Shown here piece by piece: positions 38,416-50,760 of a stretch of 64,000 nt of DNA. Position 1 is the first letter of the stretch. Each line of letters begins with the position of its first letter. A program made the position numbers and the translations under genes. The stretch covers positions 2,593,185-2,657,184 of the forward strand of contig MU056703.1 of the NCBI GenBank assembly GCA_013239625.1, in the 5' to 3' direction. Source of the DNA: Lama guanicoe. Lineage: Eukaryota. Below the pieces are notes generated by a model. It made no database searches. It saw only the letters and a list, made by a program, of their open reading frames with translations, and had not been told where the DNA came from.

Positions 38416-41400
38416 GTGAGTCTCCTTGGTGCCAGGAGTGCTCGAGTCAGAGTGGCCTTTGCAGACGGGCCCATGGCTCCAAATGGCTCCTCCACTGGTG
38501 CTCACCTCATTTAGAGGATAGCTTTCAATCAAATGCAGGTGATTGGTGCACACTTTCTTTTCTTTTCTTTTTTAATTACAGCCTGTATTTTTGTCAATAA
38601 CCATCATTCATAATTAGCAATCACGAGCTTATTCTGTCCTGAGACATTCTAAGTTTTAGAACACAAGTAGCAGTTTGTCCAGACCTCTGAAGTCAGGCCC
38701 TTTAAAGACTAGACACTAGACAAATTCCTCATTGTGGCGAGAAACCTGTGGTCTTTTGTGTACAGACAGTGGGCTCTGCAGGAGGAATCCAGGACGTTAA
38801 GCAGGTTCAGGAGTCTGCTGCTGTGGCTGCAGTGTAGACTTGGCACTTACTGCTGCGTTTCCAGGGTGTGCGTGTGAGCGAGGCTGCCCTTGCAAGAGAG
38901 CTTGTGTTACATGTGCTTCCTTTCTCCTCTTCATTAGCCCCCTTCTGACCATCTTCCCTGTTTCTTTCCTGCTCTGAGCTCCTGACATGGGACCCAGGCC
39001 ATGCGGAAGGGAAAGCCCGGTAGGAGTCTCTCCTCGGTGCCCTTTGCGCAGCTTCACCCAGAACAGCCCGCTCAGGGCTCAGCTGCAGGCTTTGTCTTCA
39101 CGCGTGTTCAGAGGACAAAACCGTGACTCACAGCAGGTGCTGGAGGAGGGTGATCGACACGAGCCAGCGCCCAGCTCCCAGCTCCCATCTCTGCGCGTTT
39201 AGGGCCCAAGGATGCTGCTTGCAGGTCTCCTCGGGGGACCTCGGGAGTGCCCCAGGCTCGTGGACTCGGTGGCCTTGGCAGAGGGAGGGCCTCCATGGGA
39301 CCAGTCTGACGAGATCCTTTCAGAAAGATTAGCTATAGGAAGCGTTTCTATGATTTTCTTTGGCTGTGCCTTGCTGCTATCTTTCTTTTCTTTGAATTGG
39401 CTCCATTTTTAAAACTTTGTGAACTATCGGGGTCCTCTCAAGAGTCAGTTGAACCTTGCTCTCTGGTTGAAGTGAATTCCTTTTTCCGAGAGGTAATCTG
39501 AAGGACTGGATTTACCACGCCAAACTGGTCCTTTAGATACTGACTTTTCCCCCCATTCATCTTTTATCTGTTCTGCCTAAACGTTTCTAGCTGTCTGTTC
39601 CATGGGGAGAAATGGAAATGCAGAAATCCACTTCTGAAGCGAATTCAGCCGTGGGTGATGCAGCACTCGCTTCTCCTCCCAGCAGTGGGGGAACCCTGGT
39701 CCATTAGAGACGGGCTCTTGGCCACAGTGGTGCTGCTGCGTTTTCTCTCTCTCTCAGAAGGTTGACAGGTGAAGGGAGAGGGCATGGAGCAGACCCCACG
39801 TTAACGCAACAGTCGGCGCTTGGCCGCTGGTACAGGCAGCAGGACAGGTCCTACAACACTGTTGCACAAAGCGGAGAATCTGTAGATACTAGAGTGGGGC
39901 ACTTTGGTTATTTACCTCTTTATTTACGGTTTTTATTTATTTCCATCAACCTGGTCCAAAATGTTTTCAGGTTTATAAAGAGGGAATAGATTAAGAAGGC
40001 AAAGTAAAATACACTAAGATAATTGAAAAGATAGAAGTGGCACAAAAAGAAGGCCTAAGAAGCCAAGAATGAGCTCAGCACATGGTTGTTTGCCACGTGT
40101 GTGGCCTCAAATACAAACTCCACTGTTACTGCGTCCTTAACACCTGCAGCAGGGCCCGTCTTTGGAAGTACTTCATAAGTGTGTGTTGTAAGAATGTTGA
40201 GTAAATGAAGTTCTGTATTCTGAACGAGAAGTAATACATTTTTTTATAGAAAACGGTTTTATCATATGAGACCCAGACCGAAGCTGACATTTGCAGTCAC
40301 GGGTCACGCTGCTGTTTTGGGATCTTGGCAGTACCTTTAAGTATGTTTGTATATTTCAAGTTTTTGTACTTGTGTGCTTTATTCTCAACTGATTTTCAGC
40401 CAGTTTCTCTTTTTCCAAATGGTCAATATAAGAAAACAGCTGGAACTATCAATGTGTCTGATAGTAGAGACAAATCAAGTAAGTTAAAGTGCGTCGTCCA
40501 GAGGAGTGCAGGCTCACATCCTCCCACGCAGGGCTGGAGCAGCGCGCGCCACGGATGCAGCGTCCCGGCAGCTGTGGGGGCGCCCCACAGTCCCACGCGT
40601 CGCGTCTCGGGGGACGTTCAGTCCCTTGAGTGGCCTCATGTCAGCCTAAGTCAGATTTTACTCAAAATAAATTCAAGACACGGTTGCGGCCCTCATGAAA
40701 CGTGACCTTGTAAATCAACAAGATGGACAGTAAACGTGTAGGTGGCTTTTTCAGTGAGCAAGTGAATATTCTTTGTAACACAAAGTAGAGGGTAAAGAGT
40801 GAGCTGGACACGCAGGAGGCGGTACTAGGTAGGGCGTCCAAGAAAGGCCTCTCTGGGGTGGCATTTCGGCACAGTGCCCTGTGAAGTGAAAGAATTACAA
40901 AACTATTAATTCTGCCAAAATTTAAAAATTTGTGATTATGGCCCCAAACAAACAGCAGGCACAGCTTGAGGTCTGAGGACAGAAATCGATGTCTCATATT
41001 CCCGCTGTATTTCTACAGGGCCTGACGTGTGTTTGTTAAATGTACTAAAACTGAATTTTTAAGAATGTTTAGACAAAGAAATAAGATAACCTGAAAAGTT
41101 ATGAATTTTTTGTAGATTGAATTTTTCACACAGGAAAGTTTAGGATACAAAAATCAGAAAATACAGACTAGCCAGTAAGTAAATAGCCCCCATAATTCCA
41201 TCTGTCCAGGGATCATCACCATTAATCCCTTGATGTAAAAAAAATCAAAAATAAAAATGCTGAGATACTCCCTAAATTCCAAACCCTGTACCTAAGTGTT
41301 TAAAGGCACTGAGAAGTTGACACCGTGTCCTCGTGGAACACCAGAACTACCAGTGTGTGTGGAGTCAGTGAGCGGCCTGTTTGCTTTAGCTGATTTGCTG

Positions 41401-41869
41401 TTGCCTGAGGATGCTTTCCCAGCAGGGCTGTCTGACATCCTCACTCGGGGCCCTTGACTGGACTCTGAGCCCACTGCTCAGAGAAGGCAGGCAGGTGCGC
41501 AAGGGATGACGCTGTCCAACGAGGAGTGGACTTCGGCCCAGCGGCGTGCAGCTTCCAGGCTGCACTCTAAGGGCCGTGTTTCGTGGCGTCCGTGGGTACT
41601 GCTTCTGGGAGTGGTCCCTGGTCTTTGGGGAAGCGCAGGTCACACAGGCGGCAGGTGGTTGTGACTGCACTGAAACGTGTCCGATGCACGGAGATAAATA
41701 CAGGGTTTGTTTTCACTTCCCAAGAATACTCTTCATCGATGGGTCTTCTCCAGCCTGGAGCATCTCTCACTCCCCTCTGGGCAGTTTCACACTGAAGGAC
41801 ATTCTCTACCTTAGACTCCTTCCTGCTGCGGCTTCCATAGCGTGGGGCCTGTCTTCTCAGTGACCCATA

Positions 41870-42400
41870 TGTCAGTCAGAGTCCTAATGTGCAGGCAGCA
41901 GAAGCCTTCCTTGGCGATTATGGAAAGGCATTCATTAAGACGTCATCGGTTTGTTCCCAGAAGCACGGAGGGGCTTGGGGACCAAGTGGAGGAGACCGCA
42001 GCAGGGAGCAGCCTGGGCCCAGCTTGCCCTCCTGAGGACAGACGCCAGCACGTGGGAGTCTGCACCACTGTGCCGACCCAGCTGGCCCCGGGCCCCTCCA
42101 CTGACTCCACGTCCCAGCCTAGACCCTGCTGCAGATACGTCCACCGCCAAGGGCGAGAGCACTTTGCTTCCTTGTGCCATGAATGGACACAGGTCCCTGG
42201 CAGGCTGGTAACCCACACACTGGCCGCCAGGAAAGCTGGACAGGAGAGAGGCGGGCGTTGTCAGTTACTCCGGGGCACAGGGATTTTGTATCCACCAGGC
42301 CCCAGAAGTGGAGGACGTCCCCAAATACAGGAAAAGGGTTCTGACGCCTGGTGGCCAAAAAGGAGTGGCCAGTGGCCACTTCAGCCCATCCGTTTGGCTG
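41870..42400. mobile_element. Probable ancient MaLR (MLT1-type) LTR
   Basis: tgtcagtcagagtcctaatgtgcaggcagcagaagcc ... ccccaaatacaggaaaagggttctgacgcctggtggccaaaa. Family assignment tentative. Confidence 0.4.
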
Positions 42401-43219
42401 CCGACACCAGCACATGCTCCTCACCCAATTCTCACACGCTGCCCTGCCTCCCCCACGGGGACCCCACCACAGTGCTGCTTTCAGACTCTTACTGCCAACA
42501 CTGTGCCCTCCCTGTGTCCAGAAGAGGCTAGCTGAGGCCTCTGCAGCCACCATGACCAGAGCCAGGGCCAGGGTTTCCATCACTGACGTGTAAGCCGGAG
42601 ACCAGGCGTGTGTCACGTGCCAGGCCTGCCCGGGGTGACGCACATCTCTGCATCTGAATATTCAGGAACTTGAGAAACAACCACGGAGAGTTTGGGCCGC
42701 TAGTGGACTGGGATGCTGAACTCACAAGTCTCTTAGTCAGATGTTCCTTTGCTTTGGGTTGTGCCACTCTTCAGGCTTTCATGTTGTCCTGCGGGTCAGT
42801 GGACCCAGAAACAAGCCTTCGGGGCCTCTTTCTTGATGGGTCAGAGAGTGAAGAGCTGGGCCTGCAGCGTATGGTCTCTTCACAGGGACTCGGCTCTGTT
42901 GAAGCAGAAACAGACAGCGTGTAAATGAACGCGCGAGGTTGTGTTCCCGGAAGACTTCATAGAAACCTCTGTGAAAGTGATTAATTAACCGTTTTGCTAG
43001 GGCATGGCCTGGACCTCTGCAGAGTCTAGTTCAGCGAACGGGCTGGGTTTCCTATGCCTGTGGCTCCAAGCAAACCGACTCGTCAGTTTCAGATCCCTGT
43101 TTCCCTGACAACATGTGCTGCAGCCACTCCTGCTACCAATTTCTAAATCAGTCAAGGTGCCAACCACAGAAACCAGCTTAGTTTGATTTTAGCAAGAAAT
43201 GCTTTTATTAAAAAAGATT

Positions 43220-46200
43220 CTGGACTTCTAGTTTTGATTAGGATGTATAAGTCATAAGAGACTATTTTTCCAATCCAAACTATTGAAGCAATCTGGTTAA
43301 TACACAAAATCATAGTTTTTAAAATCCATCAGAAAGCTAAGATTCAAAGAAATCTCAGAGAACTAAATTCTCCTCCAGGGAAAAGCAATTGTTTTCACTC
43401 TCCAGGGGTGCAGGAACCAACCACACTTCCTGGAGAACCTGAACGGTGGTGCCCAGCTTGGTGGGGAGGGTGAGGATCCCAGGGGTCCCCGGCGCAGCCG
43501 TTCTGCGACCCACCCCTGACTCTCCACGGGCCTCCCCTGCTCTGGAGGGCAGCACCGGGAGCCAGAAGCAGGCCAGGGGAGCTGAGGGATTCTGTCGGCA
43601 GGCTGAGGAAGTGGAAGCACTTCCTCAGTGACTGGAAGGAAGCTGAGACCCCTCTCCAGGCAGCCCTGGATCGCTGGGCGCACCGTCCTCGCACTCCAGA
43701 GATGGAGGGGGACAGGAAGGCTGAGTACATCTCTCTGAGGCCCCAGGGCCTTCACCAAGGGCGGTGTCTGCCTTCCAAGGAGGTCAGGCAGCAGAACGGA
43801 GAGAAGGAGAAGCAGCCAGCCATGCAGAGAGCTGGCGGCCAGTCTGACGAGCAGAAAGGGGCTTCACACGGTTTGGAAAGCAGGTCTCCAGGCTGTGAAG
43901 CACAGAGAGGGATCCAGAGTCCTGACCGCGTCCGCAGGGACGGGAGGCCCGCGTGAGTGAAGTCCAAGTAATGTCACCACCAAGCCCAGACCAAGCTCAC
44001 CCAGAGCACAGGCTCCCTCAGACCCACACAGGGGCCTGACAGAAGGAAGGGTGCCCTTTTCCAGACGACTCTGAAGTCGTCTTTACTTCCGTCTCTACTG
44101 TGCTTTTAAATCAAACCCTAAAAGACATGCAAAGAAGAAAGAAAGGGTGATCCATGGCCATGAGAGGAGGGGTCAACAGAGTTGGTAGAAGAGACACGGG
44201 AATTGTCAGGGGCTTTAAAGTAGCGGGGATAAACACGTTAAGTGCTCTAGTTGGAAAGATGTACACCTCGCGTAGAGAGATGAGGAATACCCGAGAAAGA
44301 CAGAAACCGTAAAAAGAACCAAGTGGAAAGGCTAGAAATGAAAACCACAGTGTTAGGGATAAAAATTCTTCATGGTTTAATAGCAGATTGAATGCAAAAA
44401 GAAAAAAGATCAGTGAGTGAACTTGAAGTCCAATCAACAGAAATTACCTAAACTGAAGCACAAGAGCAAGAATGAAAATAAAATAGGCTGTCTCTGGGAT
44501 CTGTGAGACAGCATCAGTTTGCTCACGTGCATGAACAGGAGTCCCAGAAGGAGGGTGAGAGAAGATGGGGCGGAAGACACAGCAGCCAAGACTGATGAGA
44601 GAGACCAACCCACGGATTCAAGAATCTCAGTGAACTCCAGGCAGAGGAGCTAAAAACACACCAATAGACATGTCACCAAAGGCTGAGAGCCACCAAGAGG
44701 CAGTCTTAAAGCAGCTACAAATAAAGATGCATTACATACGGGGGGCAGTAATAAAAACGACGCTGAGCTGACAGCAGATGTCATGGGAGCCAGAACACAG
44801 TGGGATGGTGTGTTCAGGACACTGAAAGAACTGCTTATCAAGCAGAAATATCTTCAAAAAGGAAGACAAAACCAGGTATTTGTAGACAGAGCAAAGCTGA
44901 GAGAATTCACCGTCAGCAGACGTGCACTGTGAGGAATGATGGTGGGATGGGGCTACAGTTCGTAGGAAGAGGTGAGGAGTATAGATAAGTGAATACTTAA
45001 AAGTTTCTTTAAGGACTGTTACCTACTGAAAGCAAAAACAGTAATAGTTGAGGCGTTTATAGCGTATATAGAAGTAACATGAAATGACAACTTTAAAGAG
45101 CAGGAGGGGGAAGCAGATGGAAATACTCTGCTGTAAGATTTTCCCATTGTTCATAAAGCACAATGTTACTTAAAGGTGGAATGTGTTAAATGATGCAAAT
45201 TCTGTGTCAGCCACTAAAAAATGCACGCAAAGAAGGTTAATAGAGGAGATAAAATGTTATACTGAAAATATTCTGTTCCTGAAAAAATATGCAGAAGTGA
45301 AGAACAAAAACAAAAGGGATAAATAAAAAACAGTCAAGCATGTCATTAATTACATTAAAAGTAAATGTGCTAATAAGCACACCAGTTAAAAGGCATAGAT
45401 TGTCAGCCTGACTACAGATCAGTAGTTACCGTGCAGTCCCAGTCAGAATTACAGCAGGCTTTCCTGTAAAAGTGGGTGAGAGAATTCTGAAGTTCTTAAT
45501 GGAATTTCAAAGGAAATAGAATAACCAATTTTGAAAAAGAACGTTGAAGAACTTAGACACCTGATTTCCACACTCAGTATAAGCTCTGGTCATCGAGACA
45601 ATATGAAGAGAGACCAATACAGAAAAACAGCAAAACTGAAGGAAAAAAAGAATCCAGAAATAGACACATCATGACACCAAGTTCATTCAGTAGCTGAAGA
45701 AAAGGTTTTTTGACAAATAGTTTTGAAACAAATGAAGATTAAAGGGGAAATAAGTAACCTCAATCCCTTCCTCATTCAGTACACAAAAATTAATTCTAGA
45801 TGGACTGTAGACCTAAGTGTCTATGACAAAAATTCCAGAATAAAGCTCATAGAAAAAACTATAAGAGGAATATATGTGACCTTGGTTAGGCAAAAATCTC
45901 TTAGGATACAGAAAAGCACCATAGAAGAAAAACAAAAGTTAGACTTCGTCAAAGTTAAAATTAATTTTAATGTACCTAAGATTAATAGGAAAATTACAGA
46001 CTGGGAAAATATATTTGTCATACTATATCTGACAGAGGACTTCTATCCAGAATATATAAAGAACTACAATAGAAGGAAAACCTAATGAAAAAATATGGAC
46101 GAAAGACTTGGATGGACGTTGCACAGAAGAGACACAGACGACCAGTAAGTGCGTGAAGTGCTGCCCGGCATCGTGACTCATCAGGAAAATGGTAAGTACA

Positions 46201-47085
46201 GCCACATGGGGTGCTCGCTTCAGCAGCACGCACACCCACACTGAGCGAGGCGGAGGGGGCACACGTGGCCCCAGAGCAAGGATGCACGCAGGTTCCTGAG
46301 AGTTCACAATCTGAGCAGTTCCCTAAGGTCCTTCCACTCTGCCGGTTAGTTCAACGGGAATGACGTGCGTCAGAGCACAGCGTGTGGTACCCAGTGTTGA
46401 GGCAGTGATCTTCACTCCAAAAAATACATGGTGATTCCGTTTCTCACTTTCTAGAGCAACTAAAATCAAAAAGGCTGACAAAACTAAATACAAATGAGGG
46501 TATGAGCAGCACGAACCCTTACGCGTTGTGATGGGAGAGCAGTTCAGTTTCTCATAGTTCAGTGTGCTGTGACCCAGCCCTGTGAACCTACATGTCTAGG
46601 CATGTACTCAAATTAAAACATGTCTACAGGCATATTTGTTGCAGTTACAAAAGAAGAAGCTGTTGATAGAAGCTTTTTCATAATGGCCTCAACCCGGAAG
46701 TAATGCAGATTGATGTCCAACACCAGCAGTAGGGATGAACAGACTGTGATGTGCAAGTGTAACAGGTACTTGTCAGAACCTAAAGGGACCTGCTGCTGCT
46801 GCAAACAGGAACGTGGATGAATAGTGAAAGCGCTGTGTTCGGTGAGCGAAGACAGACACGCCTTGTACTGCTGCATCTACGTGAAGCCTGAGAGTAGGTT
46901 GAACTCTTGTGCTAGAAATCAGGGGATGTGGGGATGGACTGACCCACTCACTACCAGGGTGAAGGAATTTTTATATGCTGTTTGGAGTGGTAGTTACATG
47001 TAAGTATACAGGTGTCAAAATGCATCTAAGTGAACACTTAAAGCCTGTGTATTGTGCGTAAGTTAAGCCTCAGTTAAAATATTGA
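43220..47085 (+). mobile_element. Ancient sense-oriented L1 (5' region, ORF1, internally deleted ORF2, 3' UTR)
   Basis: ORF1-like sequence at 44100-44950; ORF2 start attacattaaaagtaaatg at ~45348; ORF 45723..46085 contains PFLIQYTKINSRWTVDL...RKITDWENIF; 3' UTR runs to ~47080. Confidence 0.8.
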
Positions 47086-49352
47086 AAAGAGTATTATTAA
47101 CACACACATCTGCTAGGAAGACTGACGGATGTGGCTTGGGGCCCTGTAGGCAGAAACACTGGTTGAAGTTCAGCTGCCGAAGAGGCCCATTGCTGAACCC
47201 TGTTGCCGTGCCCACTCTGAGCGTAGCTCCCCAGAGTCCAGTGCTGCAGAGCTGCCTCCTGTGGCCCGAGTTGTGGGGAACCACCTCGACTCCTCAGACA
47301 CCCAGCACGACATCAGTGCTTCGGACTTGTCTCGACATCGCACGTTTCCACTTGGCACGTGCTACTTAGGTTCAGAGAGTCAGGTGCTGACGCCCGATCG
47401 TGCTGATGCTGTGGTGGGCGAACTGCTGGGTGGAAGAGCACCACTCAGCTGAAGGGTTCAAACAAGAACTGCGCTGGGTTGTCCATGCTGTGTTCGGGAC
47501 ATGAGTCCACGTATCTACAGCTGGAGGTTAAACATAACTCGTTTGTTTACTAAGTCCTCGGTACCTAACTCTTTTATAACAGTAAGAAAAAAATGACTTT
47601 TACTGTGTGTCCATGTGCAACGTTTTTATTATACAGTTGAACTTCAAAAGTTAATCCTCTTTTCTAGTTAATATGACGTGCAGTATCAAACATGTTTGTT
47701 TTCATTTCTGATAAGCTTTGGTTGGAACAGGTGTCTTTGCTTTCCTGCTCATCGTTTCTGCAAGTACCCCGTTATCTTTAAGTTCTGGGGAGCATTATGG
47801 ATCTCCTTATTTAAAGAAATTCCAGCTTACATTCTTTGGCAAAGTGAAGATTTTATTAAATGTGTGCTCCCTGCTATGTGCCTTGAAATCTCAGATTTTT
47901 GTACCTTGGATTTTTGAAACTTGGAAACACCTTGTGCATCAGCTGTTCGCATGCCCTTACAGATGCAGCTCCTCCGTGCGTCTGCAAGATGGGAGATGCG
48001 TTCCCAATCACGTGTATTTTTTCTTGATACTGCCTTGAGTCATTATAGTAAATTTGTGAATTAAGATAATTTAGAGAGAACATGGATTAATTTTGCTCCA
48101 GTTAATATTTGGGATTCAAGGACTAGTGAGGGAAATTATTTCAATCACTGCATTCAGCTTGAAGAGGCCCAGTGAAAGTCCTGTGTGCCTCTGAGGTGCA
48201 CACACCTTTCCTGGCCCCGTTGTTCTCTTTCCTGGAGACCTGCCTCAGTTTCCCAAACCCACAGATGCCGAGAGCAGTGGCCGTGGTTAACCATGGGGAA
48301 GGGGTGTCACAGAGAGGGGGGCGAGTCGTAGCTTTCATAGTGCCTCCAAGTTGAGTGATGGTAGTTTTTCAGTCTGGCCGTGTTTATTCCCAAACTGCAG
48401 CCTTGGGAAACCAAGTTAAGACTCCTTTTTCGTTGCTGCCACTGTCATCTCTGGAGCCCACCTGGTGACTGCGATTGCAGGGTGGGGCAGCACAGGGCTG
48501 TACTCACAGGACTGTGCCCGTGCAGCGCCTCCAGCTGGTTCTAGGTTCCTAGGAGCACCTGGGAAAGATACCTAGTCACCTGGGGACAGTACACAGCATC
48601 AGAGGAGCTCACCCAGGTTGCTTTCTGGAGTCTTCCCACTGTGCCCCTGTAGACGGTTCGGCAGGTAGAGGTGGGCACCAGGACGGTGGGAGAGGAGAGG
48701 AGAGGAGAGAGGGTCTTGGGGACAGAGTGGTGGGGTGACACTCCCTCTGCACACTGCTGAGCTGGGCCGTCTCTGAGCGGGGTTTGGATCGTGCTTCACA
48801 CAGCCTTTGGCCTCTTTTCTTGTCCTAGTCTTGTGGACGAGTAGGGCTAGACACCCCGATTTCAGGTCCACAAGTTTCCAGGCTCCCCTTCGTTACTGTG
48901 CTGAGAAACTTGAAACCTTCTCAATGAGGACCACTCAGCAGATTTAGCCAATGAAAGTCATGCTCACCACTTTCTCAGAAAAGAAACTAAAGGAAAGTAC
49001 CACAGGACCAGCCCCACTGACCGTGTGTGTCAGAGACATTCGCTCAGGTCCACGTGTCCCTGCCTGGCCATCCGTTTCTCTCTCCTGTCGCTCTGTGGAC
49101 ATGTGGACATCTTTTCAGATTTTTTTTAGCCTTTAGTGGTACAGTGATTGATTTTAACAATTCCCATATTTGGCATTGTTTTTGATCTTCTTTTTACTTT
49201 GTTCCCTGCTTTTTGCATTCTCCCCCCCACCCCCCTTCTTCACCCCACTTTGATTGTCGGGTGTTTGTTTGTGTGTCTGTGTGTCCCTGATTTTCCGTGT
49301 TCGTCGGTCTGGTGTTCTCTCCCTTCCCGGCTCCCTCCTCCTGCCGCTGTAG

Positions 49353-49382
49353 CCCCACCGGCTGTGGACGCTGGCTGAGCAG
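49353..49382 (+). CDS. DIP2C: Putative alternatively spliced DIP2C 30-nt microexon, PHRLWTLAEQ
   Basis: Long pyrimidine-rich tract then ctgtag acceptor, CAG|gtaggg donor, 30 nt with no stop. Phase 0-0 matches flanking exons 38245-38415 and 50699-50760. No AG from 49145 to 49350. Confidence 0.8.
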
Positions 49383-50698
49383 GTAGGGATTTCCGCTCAC
49401 CCACACCGGTGCCTGCCCACCACCGGCTCCGACCCTGGCCCCGGGAGTGAGTGCAGAGACTGGCTGGGCTTCCCCACCTGCAGCCAGGAGGGCTGACGGC
49501 CAGCGTGATGTCCACTCTCAGACTTCGTCTGACGCCTCGCATCTGTGGCAAACGCTGTGCTTCTGTTGTACACGATCAGTGGTGTCTTGGCCAGTTTGCA
49601 GTCATCTCTGTTTCACTCCATTTTCCACTTCTAGTGACCCGCTTCCTGGTTTGTGTTTTTGATTGACCTCTTTGGGTATGCACTTTGCATCACTCCGCAC
49701 TCAGAGCTGGTCTGCAGCACAGCTCCACTGACAGGCACAGGTCAGCGAGGACGCTGTGGCCTCACTGCAGGGCAGCCCCGTCCTCCAGGCTGACTGCATG
49801 TGCTTTCTCGGGGGGGGACTCCTGGGTGGCCTAGTATGTTGTGATGAAGGCGTCTTTATTTTTATGTTTTTCTTATATTTAAACATGCCTTTGGTACAAG
49901 ATTAAGATTCTCTCCTGAGGAACTTTAGTCCTTCAAATAAACTCTCAGTCTCTGTTATTTTTTGGCACAGTTTTGTTAGCTTCCATCTTTTTCTACTCAA
50001 GGTTTGGCGTTACCTGCCCAAGAAATTCACATAGAATTTTGGTTGGTAATGTAGCTTTAAAGCCATGGTTCTTCGTGAATAGAGATCACTGTCCAGAAGT
50101 CAGCCTGTCCTGTGTTTTGAAGGGGTTTGCAGCGCCAAGGTGAGGTTCTGGACTCCTTGTTAAATAAGTAGGGGCTCGGACCACAGGGCGCGGCCGAGGC
50201 AGCCAGTGGTGAACACAGTCTCCCTGACCTGCCCCCTCGCTGGAGGCAAGCTGAGGCACACGGAGAACCGGGAGGACCGGCAGTCCTTTCTCTCCCTCCT
50301 TATCCTGTCGGCTCACGTCACGAGTTCTGCTCTAACGTGTCGAGGTCTAAGCGTTCACCTTTCAGGACGCGTGTGGTGAAGCACCTCTCAGCCGTGAGGC
50401 CTCGTGTCCTCAGCGGCCTGCTTTTGCCAGACGCTGCCTCAGCAGTGCCAGCCTTTTAATAGGCAAGATGCCCCTTTCCGATTTTCGTAGACGTGACTGA
50501 GAGGCAAGCTGTGGGAAAGGCCAGCATTAATAACACGCTCCTGTCAGAGTTAGGTTATCCGTTGAGAGGTGCAGTTTTAGTGCTTTGGGTTTGGTTCAGT
50601 TTCAGACGTTACCAGAGAAATGCTCCCCAGCCAGGGGAACGTGCAGACACAGCTCTCAGGGCAAAAGTGGGTTAACCGCACCGTGTCCTTGCTTGCAG

Positions 50699-50760
50699 GG
50701 GACCTCGGGGCCCGACCCGACCACCGTCTACGTGGACATGCGCGCTCTGAGACACGACAG
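50699..50760 (+). CDS. DIP2C: DIP2C coding exon (~32), GTSGPDPTTVYVDMRALRHDR
   Basis: cttgcag acceptor, gtactg donor, 62 nt; within ORF 50585..51040. Confidence 0.96.

Noticed and set aside
47678-48038. Overlapping ORFs and a possible 15-nt exon (aag|CTTTGGTTGGAACAG|gtgtct, LWLEQ) echoing the microexon peptide
   Set aside because: AAG acceptor and GTGTCT donor are both weak, there is no AG-exclusion zone, and there is no recognisable homology.
49110-49146. Cluster of AGs and a possible 9-nt exon (ttag|CCTTTAGTG|gtacag)
   Set aside because: Donor is too weak; more simply read as sequence upstream of the distal branch point.
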